64,000 nucleotides of DNA from an uncultured delta proteobacterium (GTDB lineage: Bacteria > Desulfobacterota > Binatia > JACPRU01). The position numbers and the translations under genes were made by a program. Below the pieces are notes generated by a model. That model did no database searches. It worked only from the letters and a program-made list of their open reading frames with translations, and had not been told where the DNA came from. Each line of letters begins with the position of its first letter. Position 1 is the stretch's first letter. The stretch is from assembly GCA_963745025.1 (NCBI GenBank), contig CAVUWD010000005.1, positions 96,001 to 160,000 on the forward strand, given 5' to 3'. Shown piece by piece: positions 7,534 to 16,232 of this stretch.

Positions 7534-9972
7534 TCAGCTGTTGCGTGAGGACTGCTCGGGAGCGGCCTGATCATTGCCGCCGTACAGGAACCCGCGGTCC
7601 ACCTTGGGCTCCAGCTCGCCGAGTACGTCAGGGAGCTCCCCGCCTCCCCGTGCCGCCAACAGCCGGCCCATGGCGAGGGAGACGGAGAGAACCGCATTCA
7701 TTCCCAGGTTCGCCTTGCGCTGCATGACGGCGATCCGCTCCGCCACGGGCGCGTCGCGCGCGATCTTGCCGCGCTTGACTGCCAGATCCAGCTCCAACTC
7801 GAGAAGCTGACGATCGATGTGGACAAGGCTCTTGAACTCCGAGATGCGCTTTCCCATGAAGCGCGGTGCAATGACCTCCTCGACATTGGCCACGGCGTTG
7901 AGACAGCCCTTGCCGTCGTAACGCTTCGCCCTCATCCACAGCCCCGCCAGCTCGTCGTCGTTCTTCGCCGATATCGACTCCGCCCGGAGCCCGTCCCGGA
8001 AGTGGTAGACCTTCTCGGCCTCGTCATAGCGGAAGAGTTCGGGGTACTTCCGCGTGATGGGGCCGGCCTCGATCATGCTGTCGACGAGGTGGATGGCCTC
8101 GTCGGTTCCCGCCGAGGTCCCGAGGGGCGTCGCCGCCGTGAACTTGGTGCCGTTGTCGAGCCGGACGACTACCCCGACGGTAGGAATCCCCGCGTTGGTG
8201 GGCTCCTCATGGGCGCTGATGTCGCTGATGATGAGGTCGCCAGGCAGCCCCCGCGATGAGCGCACACCCTTCTCGGCCATGTGGATCAACTCCACGATGC
8301 GACCGTACTTGATGAGCCGCTCGGTGTTGCTGCCGCCTCCGCACTTGAGCCCGAGCGCGCCCACCGCGAAGGCGATGTCGGCTTCCATGACCTCGTTGGG
8401 CGATTTGGATCGATGGGAGACTACAAGCGCGAGGCCGTGCTCCTTGGCGGCGCGGGTGGCCAGCAGCGTCTCGCTGAGCGTGCCGATCTGGTTCGCCTTG
8501 ATGAGGGCGGTGTTGATGAGCCCCTCTTCGGCAGCGTGGATTATGGACGTGTCCTTGGTGGTGACGAGGTCGTCGCCGATGATCAGGATCTCATCGTCCA
8601 GCTCGGCCATGAGGCGCTTCCAGCCCTCGGGGTCGTCCTCGGAGAAGGCATCCTCCAAGGAGACGATGGGGTACTCGCGTATCCATCGCTTGTAAAGGTC
8701 CAGGAGTTCGTCGGTCGTCATCACCCGGGGATCCTCGGCGCGCCAGAAGAGGTACTTCCCGATGGACTCCTTCTCTCCGGTCTCCTCGCGGTAGGCCAGG
8801 CTGAGCTCACTGGCGGCCGGGTCGAGCGCCAGGCAGACATCGCGGTCGGGAACGAAGCCACACTCCTCGATGGCCTGCACCGCCACTTTGAGGGCGCGCT
8901 CCTCGGGGATGAGATCGCCCACACGGCGGGCGTAGGATGCGACGACGCCTCCTTCAAGACCGACGCCCACGAAGTTGAGCCCTTCCGAGTCCTGGATGAT
9001 CTGAATGACCCGGCTCTGGAGCGCGTTGGTCACGCGCTGGGCCTCGATGTAGTCCCTGGCTGTGAGGGGGATGAACATCAGCTCCTGGAAGCTGAGGTTG
9101 CCGCCCATGTCCTCCGTGTGTCTCCCGCCCATGATGGAGTTCCTGAACTCCCATGGCGCGAATACGAGCCTGCCATCGGGCAGCTCGACCTCCTGGAGGC
9201 GGTGGATCTGGAGCTTGCGCTTGATGCGCACAGACAGGGCGGTGTCGCGCAGCGTCTCCGAATCACCTCCGCTCTTCGCGGCTATCTCATGCACGGCCTT
9301 GGCCTTGCGGGCTGCCTCTCCCTGTCGCTCGCGAAACGCCCTGTACTTGCCTGGATCCGCAAGCAGGAAGTCGAACAACGCCACCGCGCCTACGGTGAAG
9401 AGCAGGCGTCCCCCAACTACCATGGGTTCGATATTCCCCATGCGGCCGAAGGCCATGAGGGCGACACCGGAGGGGAAAGCGGCCAACGCCAGCCACTTGC
9501 TGGCGTTGGGGCCGGCGGCCGAGACGGCGAGGTTCTGGGCTTTTACGGCCGGATGGTAGCTGCCAGCCTCCTTGGTGACTCCCATGGCGGCGCCCCAGGG
9601 TATCTTGAGGAACAGCTCGAGATAGAAGAGCCACCTGGCCCAGAACCCCTCCGCCATCCTGGCTTGGGCCGGGCCCAGGAACTCGGGGCGGAGGTTGTTG
9701 GTGCGCACGGCCGCGAGGTAGTGACCCATCTCATGGAGCGCAATGTTGGCATGCCAGGCCGCGTACCAGATGGCGGCTGAGATGACCACCTCAATGCTGA
9801 AGAACATCTGCCGGGCGACATCCGCCCGCGAGCTGATCGACTCCGAGATGCTCAGTAGAGAGGTGAGAAATGCCGCGTGAAAGGAGACCAGCTTGTGGTT
9901 GGCGATGACCCAACCCCGGTCCAGCCGCGGCCAGCCCCCTTCCTCATGGCTCTGAGAAGCAAACAAGTTCAC
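7534..9972 (-). CDS. M50/S2P-like membrane domain fused to a circularly permuted enolase
   Basis: N-terminus has TM helices, HEMGH and SAAGP; barrel motifs LALDPAASE, YPIVSLEDA, GDDL, LIKANQIGTLSET, SHRS; enolase N-terminal capping domain (GIPTV, PLGTSAGTDEA, YDGKGCLNAV, LGMNAVLSVSLA) lies at the C-terminus. Confidence 0.9.
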   Translation of the reverse strand: MNLFASQSHEEGGWPRLDRGWVIANHKLVSFHAAFLTSLLSISESISSRADVARQMFFSIEVVISAAIWYAAWHANIALHEMGHYLAAVRTNNLRPEFLGPAQARMAEGFWARWLFYLELFLKIPWGAAMGVTKEAGSYHPAVKAQNLAVSAAGPNASKWLALAAFPSGVALMAFGRMGNIEPMVVGGRLLFTVGAVALFDFLLADPGKYRAFRERQGEAARKAKAVHEIAAKSGGDSETLRDTALSVRIKRKLQIHRLQEVELPDGRLVFAPWEFRNSIMGGRHTEDMGGNLSFQELMFIPLTARDYIEAQRVTNALQSRVIQIIQDSEGLNFVGVGLEGGVVASYARRVGDLIPEERALKVAVQAIEECGFVPDRDVCLALDPAASELSLAYREETGEKESIGKYLFWRAEDPRVMTTDELLDLYKRWIREYPIVSLEDAFSEDDPEGWKRLMAELDDEILIIGDDLVTTKDTSIIHAAEEGLINTALIKANQIGTLSETLLATRAAKEHGLALVVSHRSKSPNEVMEADIAFAVGALGLKCGGGSNTERLIKYGRIVELIHMAEKGVRSSRGLPGDLIISDISAHEEPTNAGIPTVGVVVRLDNGTKFTAATPLGTSAGTDEAIHLVDSMIEAGPITRKYPELFRYDEAEKVYHFRDGLRAESISAKNDDELAGLWMRAKRYDGKGCLNAVANVEEVIAPRFMGKRISEFKSLVHIDRQLLELELDLAVKRGKIARDAPVAERIAVMQRKANLGMNAVLSVSLAMGRLLAARGGGELPDVLGELEPKVDRGFLYGGNDQAAPEQSSRNS

Positions 9973-10157
9973 CGGCGCAGCAAGGTCGTCAGGTCAGACG
10001 CCGGGGAGCCTAGCAGAAGCGAACGAGGTGCGTCAAAATAGCCCCCGTGCGACTGTTTGCGTTCTGGATCCAGCCCGGCGTCATCGCTCAACTGATGCAG
10101 TCGGGAGATTCGTAGCAAATACCAAATATCACAGCGCAGAGCCGGCTTTGCTTATCT

Positions 10158-10310
10158 GCGGCAAGTGGAATTGTCCCGGAGGTGGTGCGTGTGCTCACCG
10201 CGCTGCAACCACTGCAGGTGTCGCCGGAGACGCCCGTGTTCACCAATACCACCGGAGATCCGATCGAGCCGAAGGCGTTCTCGCGGCACTGGTACGACTG
10301 CTTGCGGGGG
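10158..10310 (+). pseudogene. Tyrosine integrase internal remnant
   Basis: RQVEL/PEVVRVLTALQPLQVSPETPVFTNTTGDPIEPKAFSRHWYDCLR resembles the segment before the HxxR box of phage integrases; one frameshift, truncated both sides. Recognised from memory, not by search. Confidence 0.5.
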
Positions 10311-10458
10311 GATAGATCCTTTCTCCCCATCATCCCCATCATCCCGAGCCGGTTGACGAGCGCCTCATGCACCCCGTAAAAGCGGGCGTTACGTGGGGGA
10401 GATGGGATTGGGTGAGCGTCTGCCAACGCAGGTTCTGTAGCTTTCGGCCCCTCTAGCC

Positions 10459-11505
10459 ATGCATGAGCGCCAGCGCGCAACGATGAACGCCGCAGCGGCG
10501 ATCACCCTCGTGGTCGTCGGATCGTCAGCCTGTGCGGTGCCGTCCGGCGGGGGTCGCGGCGGGCCCCCGGCGGCCACCGCCGTCGTCGCCACCATTCCGC
10601 TCAGCAACTACGGTACCGACGTGGCGGTGCGTCCCGACGGCACGCGCGCCTACGTGCCGCTTCAGACCGGCAGTGTCCTCGCCCTCGACCTAACCAGCAG
10701 GCAGGTCGCCAGTACGATCACGACGGACGGGCGACCTTCCGCGATCGCCCTCACCAGCGACGGCGCGCACGCCTACGTGACGGACTTGACCGCTCAGTCC
10801 CTCTTCGTGCTCGACACGACCAACGACAGCCTGGCCAAGAGCATATCGATCGGAACGATCGCGCGGCCGACCCGGACGCCGGCGGTGGCGGTCAGCCGTG
10901 ACGGCCGGTGGGCATATGTTACCAACGCCACGGTCATGGACGACCATCTCCTCGTCATCGACACCGCGACCAACACCGTCGTAGGCAACCATTCCCTGGA
11001 CGTCCATCCCGTGGGAATCGCGGTGAGCCCGGACGGACGGCGCCTGTACGTCGCCGGGTGCAAGTTGTCGTGCGTCGACGGCGCCCTGCTCGTCCTCGAC
11101 GCGGCGAGCGCCAACGTCGTCTCCAGTATCCCTCTGCAGGCGGCTCCCGCCGGCTTCGTCCTGGCCCCCGACGGCTCTCGTGCGTACGCCTCGACCGGGC
11201 TTTCGGGAACGGTTCTGGCCATCGATCTCACCACCGGCACCGTCACGACGATCCCCGTCGACGCCGAGCCTCTCGGCGTTGCCATCGACCCGCGCGGCGT
11301 CTTCGTTTACGTGACCTGCTACGGCGCGAGCGACGTAGCCGTCATTGACACCCGCACGAACACGGTGGTCTCGACGGTCCCCGTGGCCAATGAACCGCGG
11401 GCGATCGCCGTGAGCCCCGATGGCCGGCTTGCCTACGTGACGCACTCTTCACCGACCTGTTCGGTGATCGACCTGCAGCGCGTCACGGGAGGCCCCGGCA
11501 CGTGA
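10459..11505 (+). CDS. YVTN/YncE-family beta-propeller lipoprotein
   Basis: Repeated P.GIAVSPDG..AYVT / VIDT.TNTVV units; signal peptide ending GSSAC. Confidence 0.85.
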   Translation: MHERQRATMNAAAAITLVVVGSSACAVPSGGGRGGPPAATAVVATIPLSNYGTDVAVRPDGTRAYVPLQTGSVLALDLTSRQVASTITTDGRPSAIALTSDGAHAYVTDLTAQSLFVLDTTNDSLAKSISIGTIARPTRTPAVAVSRDGRWAYVTNATVMDDHLLVIDTATNTVVGNHSLDVHPVGIAVSPDGRRLYVAGCKLSCVDGALLVLDAASANVVSSIPLQAAPAGFVLAPDGSRAYASTGLSGTVLAIDLTTGTVTTIPVDAEPLGVAIDPRGVFVYVTCYGASDVAVIDTRTNTVVSTVPVANEPRAIAVSPDGRLAYVTHSSPTCSVIDLQRVTGGPGT

Positions 11506-11631
11506 CGGGCGGCGCGTCGCCCGAGTGACGGTCCCCCCCGTCCTCGGACCGTCGGCGTACGTATGGACGCGTCGTGCGCCGGAAACGGTTTATCTGAATT
11601 GCCCGATCCACGGAGGCTCTGAGGTGTGGCC

Positions 11632-12378
11632 ATGACTTGTGCTTCGTGCGGCGTGAGAAACGTCGATTTCGCTTCCACGTGCTTCTCATGCCGACAGCCG
11701 CTCGGGAAGCTCTCGGCGGTCACCGCTTCCGCTGCCCCACGTGAAGCCCTCGAGGCGCGGAAATCGGCGCCCCCCGGCATGACCCGCAGCGGCGCGGATG
11801 CGCCGCGCGTGCCGCGCGGCGCCATCATGCCCCTGCTGCTCGTGGCCGCGGTCGCTTGGGTCGTTGCGCGCGGTCTTCCGCTGCGCATGAGGTCGGTTTC
11901 GCCTCATTCGGCCGACGCGCCCGCGGAGCCAGCGAAGGAGGTTCGCTCGCTCCCGCTCACCGAGCCCGCTCCGCGGGAGCCCGCGGCTCCCCTGCCCGAG
12001 GAGCAGAACGGCTTCCGGCTCAGCCACTTCGAGTGGGGCGTTCCCGCTGCGGGACCGGGCAGTAGCTTCCGCACCGGCGAGACGGTGAGCGGCCGCAGCG
12101 AGATTCAAGGCTTCGGTGTGACCGCGGACGGCAAGATCGACGTGAGCGTCGCGTTCGCGTTCCGCGATTCCATGGGCAAGCTCGTAGAGCCGATCTCGCC
12201 GACGGTGCTCCGCCAGCCCATGGAGTCGGAGACGCTGTTCACGAGCTTCGACTACGCGATCCCGGTCGACGGGCCTACGGGTAAGTACGACCTCGAGATG
12301 GCGGTCGACGACGCCGTGAGCACCCGCTCGGCGCACTTTCACCGTAAGATCACCGTCGAAGCGGCGAAACCTCAATAG
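11632..12378 (+). CDS. Zinc-ribbon + single TM + extracytoplasmic Ig-like domain protein
   Basis: CASCG...CFSC at the N-terminus, hydrophobic segment LLLVAAVAWVV, C-terminal P.G.Y.L...V.D beta-sandwich pattern. Confidence 0.65.
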   Translation: MTCASCGVRNVDFASTCFSCRQPLGKLSAVTASAAPREALEARKSAPPGMTRSGADAPRVPRGAIMPLLLVAAVAWVVARGLPLRMRSVSPHSADAPAEPAKEVRSLPLTEPAPREPAAPLPEEQNGFRLSHFEWGVPAAGPGSSFRTGETVSGRSEIQGFGVTADGKIDVSVAFAFRDSMGKLVEPISPTVLRQPMESETLFTSFDYAIPVDGPTGKYDLEMAVDDAVSTRSAHFHRKITVEAAKPQ

Positions 12379-12575
12379 CCGTAAAAACGGACGTTCCGAG
12401 GCATCACAAAACGGCCAAAACGGCGGCGGTCCAACGGGTCGCCTCTTGGCGTCTTGTCCGGTCTGCCTACTCGGTAGGACCGGTCTACCTGCCTGTGATA
12501 ACAACGTCGTCGCTAGCCCGAGTGCGGCGGCGCAGCGCGCAGTCGACAAAACCAAATCAAGAGGAAGGATCTCAT

Positions 12576-15079
12576 ATGAACGCAGTCAAGCAGGTCGTCG
12601 CGATAGCGCTTTCAGGTGTCGCGTTTGCGCTTCCTTCCTCATCCTGCATCGCGCAGCAAGTTACCGGTGAGTTGGGTTCGCCCAGCGCCACCACCACGAT
12701 CAGCGGAAAACAACTTCCGCCGCCCGATCCGAAGTTCGGCGGGGTGATCAAGGAGAAGGCCTCGGAGTCGAAGGCGTGGTGGCCGCCGCGCGTCGTGCCG
12801 CCGAAGGGCGCGCCCAACGTGCTGCTCATCATGACGGACGATGCCGGGTTCGGCGCGCCGAGCACGTTCGGCGGCGTCGTCCCGACCCCGGCCTTGGATC
12901 GCATCGCGAACAACGGGCTGCGGTACACGCAGTTTCACTCCACGTCGCTGTGCTCACCGACGCGGGCGGCGTTGATCACCGGACGCAACCATCACGTGGC
13001 CGGCTTTGGGGTCGTGGGCGAAGCGGCGACGGGGTTCCCGGGTTACGACTCGATCATCAGGAAGGATACCGGCACGATCGGCACGATCCTGAAGGAGAAC
13101 GGGTACGCGACCTCGTGGTTCGGCAAGGACCACAACACGCCCTTCTACCTGGCGAGCCAGGCCGGGCCGTTCGATCAATGGCCCATCGGGATGGGCTTCG
13201 AGTATTTCTACGGGTTCGTCGGCGGCGACACCAGCCAGTGGCAACCGAACCTGTTCCGCAACACGACCGCCATCTATCCCTTCCAGGGGAATCCCGGCTG
13301 GAATCTGACCACGGCGATGGCCGATGACGCGATCCAGTACATGAAGCAGCTCAAGGAGATCGCGCCCGACAAACCGTTCTTTGTCTATTACGTACCGGGC
13401 GGCACACACGCGCCGCATCATCCGACGCCGGAGTGGATCAAGAAGATCAGCGACATGCACCTGTTCGACGGCGGCTGGAACAAACTGCGCGAGACCATCT
13501 TCGCCAACCAGAAACGGCTCGGCATCATGCCCGCCGATGCCAAGCTGACGCCGTGGCCGAAGGATCTGCCGGAGTGGGATTCGCTCAGTTGGGACGAGAA
13601 GAAGCTCTTCATCAAGCAAGCCGACGTCTACGGGGCGTACCTCGCGTACACCGACCACGAGATCGGCCGGGTGATCCAGGCCGTCGAAGACCTGGGCGAA
13701 CTCGACAACACGCTTGATCATCTACATCAGCGGCGACAACGGCGCGAGCGCCGAAGGCATGCTCAACGGGACACCGAACGAGTTCACCACCTTCAATGGT
13801 GTTCCCGTGCCGGTCAAGGATCAGTTTCTCTGGTACGAGTTCTGGGGATCGGAACGGACCTTTCCGCACTTTGCGGCGGGCTGGGCGTGGGCGATGGACA
13901 CGCCGTTCAAGTGGACCAAGCAGGTGGCGTCGCATTTCGGCGGGACGGCCCAGGGCGTTGGCCATGTCCTGGCCCGGCCACATCAAGGACGTGGGCGGCA
14001 TCCGCAACCAGTTCCACCACGTCATCGATATCGTGCCGACGATCCTCGAAGCGACCGGCGTCTCTGCGCCCGAAACGATCGACGGCATCAGGCAGCGCCC
14101 GATCGAAGGCGTGAGCATGGCGTACACGTGGGACAAGGCGAACGCCAACGCGCCCACCAAACACACCACGCAGTACTTCGAGATGCTCGGCAATCGCGCC
14201 ATCTATCACGACGGTTGGGTGGCGGCGACGACCCCGGTGACCATCCCGTGGGAACTGAACACCGCCACGCCTCCGGACGTGATCACCGGCTACAAGTGGG
14301 AGCTCTACAACATCAAAGAGGACGTCACCGAGGCCAACGATCTCGCGGCCAAGATGCCGGACAAGCTCAAGCAAATGCAGGACGTCTTCTACGCCGAGGC
14401 GAAGAAGTACGACGTGCTGCCGCTCGACAACTCGACGCTCGCGCGCTTCCTCACGCCTCGTCCGAGCGCAACTGCGGGACGGAAGGTCTTCACGTATTCG
14501 GGCGAATTGACCGGCGTGCCGGCCAGCGCCGCCCCGAACATCCTGGACAAGTCCTACACCATCACCGCCGAGGTCGAGATTCCCGAGGGCGGCGCGGAAG
14601 GCATGATCGTCACCGAGGGCGGTCGCTTCGGCGGCTACGGCCTGTTCCTGAGCAAGGGCGAGTTCGGAATCGGCCGCGGCAAGGTGGTGTTTCTCTACAA
14701 CCTGCTCGATCTCAAGCGGACGGCCTGGGAAGGGCCGGAGCTGAGCGCCGGCAAGCACACCATCGTGTTCGACTTCAAGTTCGACGGCCCCGGTCTCGGC
14801 AAGGGCGGCACGGGCGTGCTGTCCGTGGACGGCAAGGAAGTGGCCAAGAACTCCATGGAGCACACCACCCCCATCATGTTCCCCGAAGACGAAGACTTCG
14901 ACGTCGGGCAAGACACGCGCACCCCGTTGGCGCTCATCGAGTATCGCTACGATTGTCCGTTCAAGTTCACGGGCAAGATCGACAAGCTGACCTTCGACCT
15001 CGGCCCGGCGCAGTACACGGAAGCGGAGCGCAAGCAACTTCCGGTCATTGCCGACCGGGTCGCCCGCGCGAAGGACTGA
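12576..15079 (+). CDS. Secreted arylsulfatase (formylglycine type), split by two frameshifts (about 13715 and 13958)
   Basis: PNVLLIMTDD, CSPTRAALITGR, GKDH; continues in ORFs 13714 (ISGDNGAS) and 13796 (QFHHVIDIVPT, WELY); RBS GAGGAAGG before ATG 12576. Confidence 0.85.
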
Positions 15080-15263
15080 GCGTTACCGGCGCGCACCGCT
15101 GTCGGCGAAGCTGCCACCTGACGCCTCCGGAGACAGCGGCGGCGCTAGCTGATGCCATCCGGCGCACACGTCGGCGCCGGAAACGGCGGGATATGCGGCT
15201 CGGACGTGGCGCGCGCTTTGCATACTCCATCGTGGGAGGCTCTGACCCAAGGTCCGGGCCGCA

Positions 15264-16202
15264 ATGACTATGAGTTCGCACACGCCAGCGGCCGAGCTCA
15301 AAGGGACCGTATTCGACATCGAGCGCTGTGCGATCTACGACGGACCGGGCATCCGAACGCTCGTCTTCCTGAAGGGATGTCCGCTTCGCTGCCTCTGGTG
15401 TGCGAATCCCGAATCCCAGCGTCGCGCCCCGGAGCTCATGTTCCACGAGAAGGATTGCACTCCGTGCGGGCGATGCATCCCCGCGTGTCCCGAACACGCG
15501 CTCTCGATCGGACCGGACGAAGCGTTCTCGATCGAATGGGCGCGCTGCACGAATTGCGGTGCCTGCTGCGACGTCTGCCCGCCGCGCGCCCTTCGCATGG
15601 CCGGCAGGGAGATGACCGTCGGCGAAGTCGTCGAGGAGATCGAGAAGGACCGGCTGTTCTACCGCCGCTCCGGCGGAGGCGTGACGCTCGGCGGAGGCGA
15701 GCCGACCCTCCAGGCGGCTTTCGCGGCCGCGCTCCTCCGGGAGCTCCGGCGCCGCTTCCTCGACACGGCGATCGAGACGTGCGGCTACGCGCGGCCCGAG
15801 GCGCTGCTGAGTGTCGTCGAGCACTGCGACCTCGTCTACTTCGACGTCAAGTTCCTGGATCCCGAGACGCACGCCGCGCTGACGGGCGTCCGGAACGAGC
15901 TCATCCTCGAAAACCTCGAACGGGTCGCGGAGCGGACGTCCGTCGTCGTTCGGATCCCGGTCGTCCCCGGCTGCACGGACCCGGACCTCAACATCCGCCG
16001 GACGACCGAGCTCGTCGCCCGCCTCGGTCCGAACGTCCAGCGGATCGAGCTCCTGCCGTATCACAATTTTGGCGAGCCGAAGTACCGGCGGCTCGGCCGT
16101 CCGTATCCCTTGCCCGATACCGTCCGCCCGGACGGCGATCGGCTCCTCGATCTCCGCCACATCGTCGAAGGCTACGGTGTCAGGGCAGCGGTCGGTCACT
16201 GA
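15264..16202 (+). CDS. Glycyl-radical enzyme activating protein (radical SAM with ferredoxin insert)
   Basis: DGPGIRTLVFLKGCPLRCLWCANPE; CTPCGRCIPAC and CTNCGACCDVC; GGVTLGGGEP; ELLPYH. Confidence 0.95.
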   Translation: MTMSSHTPAAELKGTVFDIERCAIYDGPGIRTLVFLKGCPLRCLWCANPESQRRAPELMFHEKDCTPCGRCIPACPEHALSIGPDEAFSIEWARCTNCGACCDVCPPRALRMAGREMTVGEVVEEIEKDRLFYRRSGGGVTLGGGEPTLQAAFAAALLRELRRRFLDTAIETCGYARPEALLSVVEHCDLVYFDVKFLDPETHAALTGVRNELILENLERVAERTSVVVRIPVVPGCTDPDLNIRRTTELVARLGPNVQRIELLPYHNFGEPKYRRLGRPYPLPDTVRPDGDRLLDLRHIVEGYGVRAAVGH

Positions 16203-16232
16203 CGCCGCTCCCCCCAGAAAGCGAGGTCCCCG

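Noticed and set aside
12458-12489. Imperfect hairpin CCTAC-TCG-GTAGG upstream of the sulfatase
   Set aside because: The 5-bp core is expected by chance in GC-rich DNA and no cognate regulator is nearby.
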